DNA of 59,563 bases, filler included, from Sphacelaria rigidula (GCA_964200075.2; 8 parts of 8 records of this genome joined end to end with filler, not necessarily neighbours in it), one strand, 5' to 3'; shown: positions 23,320 through 36,592, numbered from the whole stretch's first letter. Numbers and translations are program-made. The notes: a model not told the origin generated them from the letters alone.

Positions 23320-24711
23320 CTGCGGACGTAGTGTTCAAGGTAGCGCCAATGTGTGTAAAACAAGAAGCGATACGTACGGCTGAGGGAAATGGTGAAGGCT
23401 TATCAGACGCTGTGTTGCTCGACGTGTCAGAGAACGATGGTAGCTGTACTGTCTTGCCCAAAGCTACTGCTTGTTCCCTATCGTATTGTATAACTTAGGG
23501 TCGTGGTTGTGCCGTGGAACAACTTCGCGCAAGTTCATAGAGATGCTCAGTCGAACGCAAGGATGACCGAGACAATACGTCATGCGTTTTTCAGTATCCA
23601 CAACGGGCTCTGGTGAGAGCGCGTCTTGCCTCGCTTTGTAAAAAACATGGCGATTTTAACCTCCCTACGTCGTTGAGCGACTCTATACCTGAACGTGGGC
23701 ATTTCACAAAATATGTTGTATGTGATGATTTCCAAGCTCTTGGGAATGTTTTAATCTCGGACTCCTGACTCGAGGTTTGAGAGTTAGGACAAGAATATTA
23801 GACGAGAGCTGGGCACCGGCCGCGTTAAGGCCATCACCAGCGCTGTATTTCTTCTCGGTTCTGGAAGGGTTATATTTTCTTCGGAAATTCAGTCAAATTA
23901 ATCCAACCCCGAGAAAAGAACAGGAAGTCATGATGGCCTTCGAATGGTCGATGCGCACCTCTCCCCAATTCCAGGTTCAAATTCTCAAACCTCGAGTGAG
24001 GAATGACACTCCAAACCTTCGAGTGGCGGGACCAGCTTATATACATATGAACCATCGCCCACCCGCACCGTGCAGTGCATGAATCCTCATGCGGAGCGAC
24101 AACTGTCAGAGACCCGCCGCCTTGTCAATATTTCATCTACATGTGCAGTTTCTTGAGGCAATGGCGGTCGCACTGTTTCCCGGTCCGAAGAACCAGCGAG
24201 TGACGAGATTTTGGACTCGATCAATGCTACAGCGGGCTCAAAGTCATTCTTCTTACAAAGCATGGCACGAGGCGTTTTCGCTGGTGTGCGTTGTGGATAA
24301 ATGAAAGCGCACGTTGTAACAACATTTCATCCTCCCGTTCGACCAAACACATCTCTGCGACCTTGTGCGTGCTTGTTCCACGGAACAACCACGACCTTAA
24401 CTTCGACAGGAAGATGAGAGACGAGGGTGCGGTGAGGATTAGCTGGAACATCCAGCATGCTACTCTGTCGATGAACGACTTTTTTGGGCCTCGATTATCT
24501 CGCGAAACAAGTCTGCACCATCGAAAGAGTTGAGACAACTTTTTGCACAAATCATGTCGACGAGAACTTCCCAGCAGGACAACTTTCGCTGGTGTGACCA
24601 CCAAAATGATTGTCGACGACATCAAGGTTTAGAACATGATCAACCCGGGGTGTTATGCTCCGTAACCCTAGGCAAAAGTAGCCTACACTGTACAGAATAT
24701 CCACTCCTCAC

Positions 24712-24887
24712 CGTTTGACATTCTTGACAGAGTACGCGAGGTCCAAGCTCTGGATCCAACGGAGCGTCTCTCGCGATAATGTAGCTGGCACTCCGGCACC
24801 GCTCCTTCCACCTGTTGCACCAGCAGTACTCTCGGCGGTTGTGAATCCTGATCCTCCTGCTGTTTGCGCCGGCAGCACTTCAGCCAT
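24712..24887 (-). CDS. SPATA4: SPATA4/SPEF1-family CH-like domain protein, exon 1
   Basis: MAEVLPAQTAGG...VPATLSRETLRWIQSLDLAYSVKNVK(R), donor CG|GTGAGG in phase 2. L.RE.L.W.QSLDL is the family signature. Not in the ORF track. Confidence 0.85.
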
Positions 24888-26827
24888 TTGGTCGATACTC
24901 TAGTAGTACGACTTCGTCTCGACCACTATCAATGCCGTGCTAACAACACTTGTTGAGAATGATATCCTATATTCCCTCCGTATGGACTGTTTTGGGCTCC
25001 TGTGTTCGCGGCGCGGAAGTGCTGAGTATGCACGCTTTGCTGGAGAAGGCCGTAGTAGTGGTCGTATATTGACGGTTTCACTGCCATATTCACCCGAAAC
25101 GGTACTTTGGTATGTTAGCTCTTCTCAGACCCGCAACTTAATCAACAATATCCCAGGGCCTAGAAAGGGGACTTTGAAGTAGAAACTCGAAGCATCCAGA
25201 CACGTCCTATATTCGCTTTCTAGTGCAAATTATGCTTCAATGCTCAAGTGCAGGGCGCGTCGTCGGCTAGAAAATATATTCGGCCAAAAGCAATACCTAG
25301 AGGATGATGACAAATGTGAAAATAACTAGGGGAAAATACTGTGGAAAGATAGCTATATCAACGACAAGACAGACCGTCGCAACCGCTACAGCCGTACAGC
25401 AGGTTAGCTCTTGGGCAGTAGATTGCACAGAAGCCTTGTCTACTCGAAGCTGAGGCCCAGATGCTTTGAATTTCACCATCTTCGGCGTCTGGTGAGCTTT
25501 GTTGGGAAGGCAATCTGTCACATCACACTCGAAGTCGAATACGGCAAGGAAGTACGCAATTGATGTAGTATAACACCCCCAGGCATACCGCTTGCAACCC
25601 CGATACTCCCTTGATCGGCATAATTTTGAACCCAGAGAAGTCCAAATAATCAATAAACATCCAAACTATTTTGCGTGCGACGTGAGTTTGGATATGAATT
25701 GCCTCGTAGATGTTGATAAACGTCAAGGTGGAGTTAGTCATGTTCGGGGGGTGTTATACTGTATGCGTACCGTGTCAGTCATGGCATGAACGTGCCAGCG
25801 CACCAGCTGATAGTCGCTCGTGGCTGTGGAACGTGTGTATATTTGACGCTGTCCATTACAATCAAGGAATGCTGGCTTCTCAGTCTATGCATTGCGTGCC
25901 GTTCTTTCTCTTTCCCTCCCTCACCACGCCTCCCGCCTCCCTGCTGTTACCGTTATGGCACAATGCACTCCCGTACACTAATAATGTATACATTACTTAT
26001 AGACACACGCATCGTGTTTCCCGTCCAAACTGGTGCTGTCCGGAGTGTGTATTGCACCAGTAGCCTGCCCAAGTCGACGGTGCAGGACTTCTCGATTACT
26101 ATAACTCGAACTAGACACACTTTGGCTGCCAGTGGAAGCAATTGGACCACCGTGCAGCAGCAAGTAGTCCATGTCTTTCCGCTTAAACGTGTGGGTAGAT
26201 CATAGTGGTGAACGGGTACATGACTGCGATTCTCGGAACATTTGCGGGTATGTCAAACACACGATGCAGGTTTCAGGTTTCGTACAGTCAGTGAGGTGGT
26301 CCAGCATTCCAACTGTTTCCCCTCCCAGCGCAGTGCTAGCCCATGAAAGCCCGTAAAATAGTAATCCCGCGATCCAATGCCGAGGAAACAAGCTTGTGTT
26401 GGGGGAGTTTCTGCCGTCCCCTAACGATTGCATGTTCCCAACACTTGGCTACGTTGATGCCACAGTCGCACGTCGGGGTGGTACAGCAAACTGGCGAAGA
26501 TGGTTGTTGGGAGGCATGCATATCAAGACCCCTGTACTGCTTTGGGCACTCACACACAAGAGACTATCCTGGAATGCATGTCTGCACGCATTTTTGCAAC
26601 TCGATGCTGAATCGTCAACGTCATAATGGCATAATTTTCTCTTCACCTACAGAAGGTTTGATCTTCCTCGAGTTGTTTCGTCCCGCCTTTCCCCCGCTTT
26701 CGTCCCGCTCTGTGGGATCAACACGACAAGTTGCGAGGGTTAACCGCGACAGGAGCCTTGTTGTTATCCACTGTTCGCACACACGCAGGGCGTGCTCTTT
26801 GTAACCATTCGAGGCTCGAGATCGACA

Positions 26828-26947
26828 ATACCCGTACCCCGGGTACGGGTGAGGGTGAACATTTCGTATAGATCGTACACAACTGTCGAGTACCGGTATG
26901 AGACGCTTACAGAGCTCACAGAACTGTCGGGTGCGGGTAATACCCCA
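26828..26947. repeat. MITE-like fragment with TACCCG/CGGGTA subterminal motifs
   Basis: ATACCCGTACCCCGGGTACGGGT ... TCGGGTGCGGGTAATACCC. Confidence 0.4.
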
Positions 26948-27242
26948 CGTACACAGAGGAAAGTGCCCTACAGTGCACAACCTTCAACCTTGGCAAAGTC
27001 TAGTACAAGTGGCGCGCAACTGCAGGACGATTATAAAGTTCTGCTTGCTGTCGCCTGGTAGCGTTCCCGTAATGACCGAGAGGCGTTTCAAGACTCTCGA
27101 TTTGGTGGACTGGGTACCTTGGGCGGGGTGCGAGTTCCGACAGACAGGCTTCACGCGCAAATAAGACCCCCAACCAACTTCACGGTGCATCCGGAAGTTA
27201 TCTTGTTTGCATAATTTGCACGAGAAACGCGGCCGCTAGAAC

Positions 27243-27544
27243 AGACCCAGGCCCTGGCCCTGGTAGGTCTCCATGATCTGCCCGTCCTCCGTCCACTAAG
27301 CCCGGACCTCAAAGCTGCGTCCGAGTCGAATAACCATGTGAGTGTAGCATCGACCTCAAACCTAGCGTTGCATAAATTGCACAACAAACATGGCCGCGCG
27401 CCGCGAGAAGAAGCCCAAGCTCTCGCCCTGGTACGGTAGGTCTCCATGATCTGTCCGTCCTCCGCCCCTGAAGCCCGAACCTCAAAGCTCCGCCCAAGTC
27501 GAATGGCCATGTGACTGTAGTATCGACCTCAACCCTAGCGATGC
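27243..27544 (+). repeat. Diverged direct repeat, 2 x about 130 bp, period about 170
   Basis: GGTAGGTCTCCATGATCTG.CCGTCCTCCG...ACCTCAAAGCT...AGTCGAAT..CCATGTGA.TGTAG.ATCGACCTCAA.CCTAGCG occurs twice. Confidence 0.85.
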
Positions 27545-29620
27545 TGCAATGTCACTGACCCTGCGCGCTACTAGAGGAACATGGTCATGGGCGAAAAAGG
27601 AATACTTTACACCGTACACCTCCTTAAATGTTGCCTAAAATGCGATAAATGAAACAGAAGGAGTATCGTACGTTTCTTCATTGATTGCTTGCGCTACAAT
27701 TGATCCACTGGCCCTTGAGATATGGGGTTCCCTTCCTTTCCCTCTTTGTACGACCCGTCATTCCCTTTCTACTCGTAGATATTGTTTTGTCAGTCATCGT
27801 CCAGCCAAAGGCAAGAATTGGTATCTAGTATATACAACAATTCACGGGTAAAACCTGTTCGATACTGCATGTTTGGGCTACCACCCCCTTTGTCCCTCCT
27901 TACTGTGCACCTTCCCTGTAGCTTTGAGTACAGGGCGTCGGCTTATTGTAGAGTATGGGCATACAAAGCACAGAACATCCGTATAGAGTATGCATTTCTT
28001 GCGGGTGCACTGTTTTTGTCACAGAGCTCTAGTGTACGGGCAATTGGTCTCTGGGTAAAGCAAAACGATTCAAATCCAATATGCCTCTGAGGCTAGGCAC
28101 TACTGTGTCAAACTTCATACATATCCATCAAATAAAAGATTTTGTTTTTCTCGGTTACCCAACGCCCCCTCCCCTCCTCTCAGCGCATCCTAAACTGATC
28201 CTTTCCTGATCACTGTGCTTGACTCCTCCGAGTTTAACCCTAAGCGTGAACCGTGCTACGTCGCCTTTGCCCCCCTTTCTGTTCTGGCGCTCCGCCGCAT
28301 TCCCGTGGCGTCCCCCTTGGTATCCAGAGCAAAACAAAAGCCATCTCTCAGCGGCGTAAGTGTCAGCTACGGCGACAAGCAGGGAAAAAGGAAGGAATTG
28401 GGAGAGCACACCTATACATTCACAGAGGAAAGTCTGTTCGAGGGGCGTGGAAAAAAAAAATTAAAACTGGACACTAAAAAAAAAAAGACTCGCGACATAC
28501 TGAGGGAGTTTGTATTAGATGAAACGAAGCCAGCTTTGAGACCGAGGAAAATTCTTCTTGGACACTGGAGCAAAAACTCACATCAAGTACGGGAAGAACA
28601 AGGGGGGAGGGGGAGCGGGGATGCACATCGTCCCAAGGCCCGATATGACGACTGAGCGGAGCAGCTGTAGTCGACGGCGCAAAAGGCGTTCGGAAGGAGT
28701 TTTTGCGAGTAGCGGGGGGTCGTCCGCCGCGAAGTGTTTGGCGTGGTTTCTTGTGGTGTCGAGCGTGCCTAAGGGTGGAGAGTCTGCACTACTTCGGGTA
28801 GGGAAACCAATACTATGGGGTCAAGCGATGCCTCATCTGGGATACGTACGGTGAGTGTTTTTCTTTCAGAGGTAGAAAGAAATTAATGAAAATCAAAAGT
28901 TTTTATTTTCTCAAAATTAAAAAACAGAAACCCTTGACAAGAAGTACGGGTACGAGTGGGGTGTTCGGAGCGAAAATGTTATTTTCTGTTTTTCTGTTTT
29001 TGGTCATCCCTCTTGTTATGTAGTGTTGCTGCTTCATGACCTTATGCTTCTTTTTTTATTGGGGGTACCTGTACGGCCTCCTTGCGTCAAAGTCTTGTCG
29101 GGGTCCGCATGTCCTTTTTTCCTCTTTTTTTCCCCAGGACCGGTACTAGTTATTGGCATTGCGTTTTTAAGGTACGTTGACGCGAACGGGCCGATAATTT
29201 CCATGGTTGAACATACCTTACGTCGACCAAACCCTAGAAGAGCGCTAACCGTAACCCCAACGTCATCCCAAGGCGTTCCGAGGACCCTCGGGTCACGGGG
29301 ATGGACATGCTATACTACGCAAAGTGTGCATCGGCAGAGCTCAAATCGGCGCCGATGTAAGCCAGGCACCGATTTTGAGCCAAAAGGCCTGCGTCCTGTG
29401 CACGTTACGCGGGTCATCTGGGACTGTCATCCTCCAACATGTCCGAATCTTGAATGTTGCGGCAGTCTACAGTAACTTATTTTGTTCAAACATGGAATTT
29501 GTCGACCAGTTCCCGTGCACGCTACATTTTTTTTTTCTCTCATATTTTTATTGGGGTGGAGGAATTATTCTTACGTCCATTCCCTTTCTCTCCGTCATTT
29601 TGTCCCCCCTCCCCCCCCCC

Positions 29621-29734
29621 TCTGTCCCGAAAGGGATGCGTGGTCAATGATCACACGACTAAGGCAAGCGACAAATGACTCCGTGCCCCCCCCCCAATGG
29701 TCTGATGACTATGGCATGCATGATCATGAGTACA
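29621..29734 (+). repeat. Tandem type A + type B copies of the ATGAGTAC family separated by a C-run
   Basis: C-run, 5'-truncated A (29621-29682), C10, then 5'-truncated B (29695-29733), ending at the gap. Confidence 0.9.
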
Positions 29735-29834
29735 NNNNNNNNNNNNNNNNNNNNNNNNNNNNNNNNNNNNNNNNNNNNTTAATTAATTAANNNNNNNNNN
29801 NNNNNNNNNNNNNNNNNNNNNNNNNNNNNNNNNN
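29735..29834. other. Artificial contig linker
   Basis: N44-TTAATTAATTAA-N44. Confidence 0.99.
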
Positions 29835-32013
29835 TGGTTCATCTAACTTCGATCCTTGGTGCATTAATGGCCCCAAACCACTCCCCTCCCCCCCCCCCCC
29901 CCTCCCCGCCCCCCCGCTCTATCCAAAAATGATTCTGGGGGGTTCTTTCATAGGGTCAGCAATGGAGAGCCCACGTATGTTTGAGCATGAATCTGCAAGA
30001 CCTGCGAAGTTGTGCGGCGGTACCCCGGCAGGTGCGGGGTTATCATGCCTCCGGAGAGAATAGGACAAAACCCCGCAGCACGGCATTCAAAAATGGCCTC
30101 CGAACTCCTTTATCCACCCTAAATGTTACCGCGCCTCGTTCATCTTGAGCGCGAGTTGGAGGGTTTGGCCCGCAAGGTATCGTCGCACGTTTGATCAAGT
30201 TTGAAATGTTTATGTTACATGTCTTGGAGAGCGAAATGATCGGGTGGCGCACCACTATGTGCTTTCTTTCGTCATGTTTTTCAGCGAGGTTACGGCTGTT
30301 TCAGACGGCCTCTCCGCGCAGTTTTGTATGATCAATGCTGTTGATAAATTAGTCGATTGATCGATTGCCGTTCACTATCTTGTTTGCTTCGAATCTAGCT
30401 GTTTTCTCGAAATATACGGACACTCATCCCCGAGGAAAGTCGAGAAGGCGGAGATAGGAAGGAGAAAGGGAGAACAGAGTGAAGTGCAAAGTAAAACCGA
30501 AAGAGAAGGAGGAAGGAGAATGAAGGAGAGGGGAGGTGAAAAAGGAATCAGGACAAACCCCAGCAGGCTAATGTAGGATTAAGTCGTTTTTTTATTTGGT
30601 TGATCGTCGCACATGCACTGAACACTGACAAATCCAGTCGTGGTCGCGAGATAGACGCGTACCCAAGGCGAATAAAATGGGTATACTGGTTGAAGGGAAC
30701 TCTACCTTGGTTACCTACAACAAGTTGGCAGTGGCTTGTATCAGGTATATCAGCACATATGGATGCATCACAATACTATTTCTCACACCAACGCAACGTT
30801 CAGAAACCGATACATTGGGAAGATGTCGATACAACACCGGTGTATCGATATAACACGGAAGGAGCTTGTCGGGTTTTCGTCCTTGGTCTCAGTACCGGAT
30901 GTTAGCCTTACGCTTTGCTCGTTTTCCTCATTCTTCATTCCTGTTCCTTTTCCTTTTCCTTTCCTTTCCTTCCTCCTGTATTTCCGTCTTAGGTTTACTC
31001 TGTATTCTATATTTTCTTCTCTGAAGTCAAAGCTTGTGAGTGAGAGTTCCTCTCCAAATAATGTGATCCTTAGCTAGGCTTTTGCTTCAAATGCGTTTTT
31101 TTTCCCGAAATAAGTATGTGCTTTGTTCAAAAGGGGGTCATTTTAGAGCGAAAACCTCGCCGAGGCATTAGGATTAACTGATTTTAGTGTGCAAGACCGA
31201 AAAACAAGAACGCATAATTTATGCGAAACATGCGAAAGCATAAAAAGCAAAAGCTATCCTTAGATCACTGAGTCGCACCCGCTTCCACGGCGTTGCTTTG
31301 TATTTATTGAGTTGTTGTTTCACGGTCTCCTCATGTGAAGCCATGCAATCGCGGCCTGCCGCTTCTCGTTTCAAACTGTTCACCCGAGCAACTTGTTCGA
31401 TGACAAATTAAACGTGGGGTGGTCATCTTCCTCGGTTGACCCCAAGTGTCACCATTAATAGGTCCCCTGATAGTAAAACTCCAACATCGGCCACACACGA
31501 AGCTCATTCTACCGCGTCATATCAGTGACCGCGCGTGACGAAGACACACGCAAAAAAACTGAAGATTTGAAAAGGTCGGAGTTGATGTCACTCACCTGAA
31601 GTGAGATGACCAGCCTACATTGCGGTCAAGGCTACCTGCCGAATCTCGGTACATGTTTTGCATTTTCAATTTTCATGAAAGCGGACCGTTGGAGATACAA
31701 TCGTATCATTTTCTACGTTCAACGACCTGGAGCTTTACCGTATCTTGGCTCACCAAACCCGTGCTCATGAGGGTCATGCTGCACAGGGTTTCTGAGGCTA
31801 TGTCCGCCGGGAGGCTTTCGATCATGTGTGTCAAGCGTGACCGGAAGCCGTGCAACCACGACAGCCATGTTATCGCGTTTGAACGCAAGAACCAAGCACC
31901 AGCACGTAAACATGCAAAATCGTTCTCATTTCGCGTACAAAGGATGGAAAAGATAGGACTACCTCTGCACGCTCTGTTATTATTCCGATTCTTCATGTCA
32001 CTTCACAGTCCGT

Positions 32014-33855
32014 TCATTCATTCTCGGAAGAAGAATCGCCGTCGGCGCCGATATCGTACAGATCTTCGCTTCCCTCTTCGTCAGAAGCAGCGACGACGGT
32101 ACGTCCTTCGCCTCGGAACGTGGTCGCATCCACACCGCCAGCAATACCGCCAATTTTCTCACTGGAAGACTTGACGACATCACCATTTCTACTCTCTCCC
32201 ATGCTCACAGTTGAGTTCTCCGTCCCACCTAACAGCGGTTGCGCATCCAGTGCCTGTCTTATCCCATTGGTGTTAAATTGTTGGCTAGAACGTGGCAGCA
32301 CCAACGTCGACTCCACGGCCCGTGAAAGGAGATCAGGACTTGATCGCGTACTGTGCGACATACCACCTATAGTAGCTGATGCTTTCTCTTCACCACTAGA
32401 GTCCATGATCCCGTCAAGGGGTGTCGAGTTGGTGTTTCCGCGGATTGAAGCAACTACATCTACCGTGGCGTCATTCTCATCTTCACTCGGCCGTGACCGT
32501 GCCTCCTGCTTGTCAAACTCCAACGGCAGTTTGCTAATATTCCCACCGTCGTGCGTGAAAATCTCATCATTCTTACCCACGGGTACATTGCGCGTTTCCT
32601 CCATATGCCTTATCGCTTCGTTCGACGACGAATTGTTGAGGTTGGCTAATGAGAGGGACTCCTGGGATGCCGGTAGGGATGAGCCCAGAGATGCTGATAG
32701 GGACACCGACGACGACTCTCCATCTTCGGAACCATTTCTCTCGACAGACGGGTCATTCTGGAGTAGTGTTTCCCCCGCGTCGTCGTTTCTACTGTCGTCG
32801 TGATTCCTTTCTATGGAATTTGACCTAGCCCCCGTCGAGAAACATTGGGAAGATATATTCAGCGCCGACTTCCGGTCATGGACGTCTACTTCTACAACCG
32901 AGCTATTGGCGGTCGCAACGGCTCCAGGATCTGCTTCGTCCTCCTTACTGTATTGTCGCCCTAGATGCGGCTTACCGCCGGTGATAGTCTCGGATGCGTC
33001 CCCGGCCGTTGGTATCGACTTTGTGGCTGTCGAGGGAACTGACGTGTGACCCATATCCAATTTAGTATCCAGCGGACAATCTTTGCTATTTGCATCCGTC
33101 GCTAGATCATGGAACGGTGTACTACCGACATATCCCTGTTTGGCTGAGCCAGATTCCAGATCCACTCTAATTTGAGGTTCCCTGTACTCGTCTTCTACTG
33201 CTCCGGTAGGCTCGATAAGCGGGTCGGGTGAAGAAAAAACTGCTCCTTCCATTAACATGGATGATCCCGGAGGTGCCTGAACAAGGGATTCCGAGGCCTT
33301 TCCAACACCTATCGCATTTGTTTCCAAGAACGCGGTATTCTTTTCGACTTGAGAGAGCTGTTCCGACGTATTCCTCCGCAATGCCTCTGGCGTGGCGGCA
33401 ATGGGGTTATGTGCTACCGAACCGTCTACAGCGACTAGCCCGTCCTCCGCAGCCGGCGAGAAGTCATTGCTGGTTGGGTTCAGCCCTGTACTGTCGACCG
33501 GTGCCACTAGATTTGGGCCCAGCTGGGCACGCATTACCTCTACCTCCTGCTCCTCAAGCTCGACAAGCAATTCGACGTTGAGTGTTTCAGATCGAGTTTC
33601 GTTACGACCATCCACTCGTTGTTCCGAAGGAGGAGATATTGATGATGGAGACAAGGGTATCCCCTGGTCGACCTCCTGATCCCGGTCGATATGGTGGGTC
33701 TCTAGCGTGGTGATGTCCATTGATGTGTGTGTCGTATCTACCGGCTCGGGCATTGGGCTTGCCTCGCCGTTGTAGTTGGCGGTTGGATGGCTTGCACACC
33801 CATATTCGTCTTGACCATGCACTTGTTCGTCCTGGCGACACACACGTTCATCCCG
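32014..33855 (-). CDS. Probable terminal exon of the same acidic protein
   Basis: Acceptor TTGTTGTGTCCGTAG| in phase 0 gives a 252-bp intron. The frame is open for 614 codons to TGA, with the same composition as the upstream exon. Confidence 0.75.
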   Translation of the reverse strand, partial: RDERVCRQDEQVHGQDEYGCASHPTANYNGEASPMPEPVDTTHTSMDITTLETHHIDRDQEVDQGIPLSPSSISPPSEQRVDGRNETRSETLNVELLVELEEQEVEVMRAQLGPNLVAPVDSTGLNPTSNDFSPAAEDGLVAVDGSVAHNPIAATPEALRRNTSEQLSQVEKNTAFLETNAIGVGKASESLVQAPPGSSMLMEGAVFSSPDPLIEPTGAVEDEYREPQIRVDLESGSAKQGYVGSTPFHDLATDANSKDCPLDTKLDMGHTSVPSTATKSIPTAGDASETITGGKPHLGRQYSKEDEADPGAVATANSSVVEVDVHDRKSALNISSQCFSTGARSNSIERNHDDSRNDDAGETLLQNDPSVERNGSEDGESSSVSLSASLGSSLPASQESLSLANLNNSSSNEAIRHMEETRNVPVGKNDEIFTHDGGNISKLPLEFDKQEARSRPSEDENDATVDVVASIRGNTNSTPLDGIMDSSGEEKASATIGGMSHSTRSSPDLLSRAVESTLVLPRSSQQFNTNGIRQALDAQPLLGGTENSTVSMGESRNGDVVKSSSEKIGGIAGGVDATTFRGEGRTVVAASDEEGSEDLYDIGADGDSSSENE

Positions 33856-34107
33856 CTACGGACACAACAATAAATAGGGTAGACGAACGGCCAAAGAGTA
33901 CGCTGAGTCCAACGCGGAAGTGCGAAGCTGTGGGCATACTCTGAAACGTGGTGGCCCTACGTGAGTGTCCGGTATTTTGTTCTTTTCTTCTGAATTCCAA
34001 AAATAGACACGTTAAAATTGTGAAAATTACGAAAAAAAAGAAAACTTGCACATGGTTCAGAGATAGCTCAAACTGGGAGTCGACAATGAGCTGCTACTGT
34101 TTCACAC

Positions 34108-36592
34108 CTGCTTGGTAGGAGAGGTATGACATAACACCGCATCTTGTCCCTCTAGCAGGAAAGGTTTGTGGTCGTTTTCGGCGACGGAGACCGAAACGCC
34201 ATCAAGGGGTGGGGCCTCCGAGGGAGTTGGAGGGGCTGGAGCCGGGCTGTCAGAGGTGCCGTAGAAGGAGTTCAGCATTTGGCTGAAACGCGTCTGTATA
34301 TCCTGTACATCCACATCTGTGTCGACGGCGTTCAAGTTTGGTGTATGCGGGAAAGCCGCGCAGTCAACATCACCGCAATTCTTTGCCGCGTCAATCGATG
34401 AATCGTGATCACCCCGAGAAGTTTTGGTGAAAGCTGTTGAATTCGCCGAGTTGTGACCTATTTCGTGCGGCAGCTGTTCGGTATCCCTCGTTGCTGGTTC
34501 TTGAGATGTGGATATTTCTTCCGGTGCCTCAGTGGCTACAACAGTGTCGACATTGATATCACCTATGATTTCCGCCCTACCGGTATCTGTGGCGACCTTT
34601 GGTACGCCGTCAGACGCCTCTGTATGCAAGATTGTGTCACTTGCTTTCTCAGTCGATGCAGTCTCGTCAAGTGATTGGGGATAGTCTCCATTCCCGTCCC
34701 CCATGGCCAAACTGGCGTCGCTTCGGGCAGTCGACGATGGTTCTATCCCGTCGACGTGATTATTGTCGATAGCTTTGCCGGGCTCGGGATCCTGAGCAAT
34801 TACAACTGGGGCGGATGATTCTACCAAAGATTCCGTTGAAGCACTACCGGGCTCGGAGTCTTCACTACCAGCGACGGTATTATGCTCATCCGATGCCCCA
34901 GAGTCAGATGATGCACCACTGACCATTCCTTCCGAAGAGTACGTGTCTGTATCGTCGTGGTTCGCCTCCGAGAGGGAACCTTCTTCGGCGGAATGTTCGC
35001 TCTTTGAAAGGCTGTCCGATGAACTTAAGCATTCAAAGCTTCCGTCACTGTCACCTTCGCTATACCCCCCGAGATTGTCGCTGCCACTTTGATGACTACC
35101 AGCGCTACGGGAGCACGTCCTGGCTGTGCTACTACCATCGTGATTCCCGTGCTTGTTGATCGCGGAATGCTTGTCGTCACTCTGGACCACCTTGCTACTT
35201 CCATCGACATGGTTCTCGTGCTCCACGGTTCCGGAACTAGACTCGTCTTTTGCCGGTACTGCCAGAATTTGGGACAAAACCATGGCATCGGATTCGGCTG
35301 CGGTGTCGGGATCATGACGGTGCTTCATGGTGTCGGAAGAACTATCGTCTTCAGCCAGCATTAGTCGGGATAATATATTAGTGTCGGACATCGCTGTAGT
35401 GGGTGCCATGAGAACGGGGACACTTTCGACGTGCATTTGAGCATCATCCCTGTCGTCTTGTAGTATCTCGGCGCTGTTATTCTTGTCACCAGCATTGCTT
35501 CCGGATGTATTATCTTTCATAGTACTCTCGCATTCGTACTTCTGAACGTCGGCGTGAGTATCGCCAGCGTGCTCAACACACCTTGGCTGAGTATTCGCCC
35601 CTAAAGGCCCCGTTGGGGAATGTGGTGTGGAAGCGTATCTATCATCGTTGTTGCTGTCACGTGGATTGTCTTGTACAGCGATTTCTGCGGGTGGTAGTCC
35701 TTGGCGTGGGTCAACCAAATCCTCCTCGCTATGATCGGTCGCGAAGTCTTGCCTCAGGTCATAGTTTACATTTTCGTTGCCGTCGGGGGAAGTCTCCTTT
35801 CGACCTCTCGGATTCCCCTCACTATCTCTAAGCTTAGCCTCTCGGCACTCGACGGTTAGCGATGATGACTCGTCGGCATTGCTTTCCGCCGGTGTAGTCG
35901 ATGGGGATTCTGGGGCAGGTACACCAACCCCTTCACCTGTTCTGTGATCGCCATCTTCACCAGGGCATGCGAGTAAAAGATGCCTCTCCGACTTACGTTC
36001 GTCGTTGGTGGCTTCCGCGGCGTGCTCCCGGTCCACCACCGGAGCATCATCTGCAACCATCGCTACGTCAATCTGGCCGTCATTCGGTAGAACGCTAACC
36101 AAGAAGTCTCCACAGGTTGCATCGCAGGTAGACTCAACGGTTGTTTGATCAGAATATCTCGTTTCTCTTGCCAACACGTTCTCTGGTGAATCATCGAGCT
36201 CCCCGGGACCGCTGCCGCCCTTGTCGCAGGTAGACCCAACGGTCTTCTCACCCACATCTCTCACTTCGGCTTCTTGTGACGCTTTCCCTGGTAAACTTTC
36301 CATCTCTTCAAGACTGGGACCGTCCCCGATGCCGTATATGGTTTTACCAGGAGCGCTAGGGTATTCAGAAACTTGCTCTCCGATATTATCGACTATGGCA
36401 GGAGAACGCTGCTCCTGTACAAGAAATGGGATGTTGGTGCCGCACGCCTGCTCTACAACGGCCAAGGGTATGTCCAAGCCCGAATCTGCAGCCGCAGTCA
36501 ACTCCTGCAGATTCAAACGAGCCTTTTCCATAAGCACCGCCGGCTTGGTCGCATCGTCATCTTCGTCTACTGGGACTACAGAAGAAGCGGGA
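34108..36592 (-). CDS. Very long internal exon of an acidic S/D/E-rich, probably disordered protein
   Basis: Stop-free 843-codon frame. Acceptor ...CCCAG| at 36593-36595 and donor CAG|GTGTGA in phase 0 at 34107. Confidence 0.75.

Noticed and set aside
29625-29710. Hammerhead ribozyme core (GAAA and CTGATGA)
   Set aside because: CTGATGA reads CTTATGA in the other type B copy, and the two motifs lie in separate repeat copies without the required stems.
32120-32803. 227-aa Ser-rich plus-strand ORF and similar ORFs up to 36681
   Set aside because: These are antisense shadows of the long acidic minus-strand exons.
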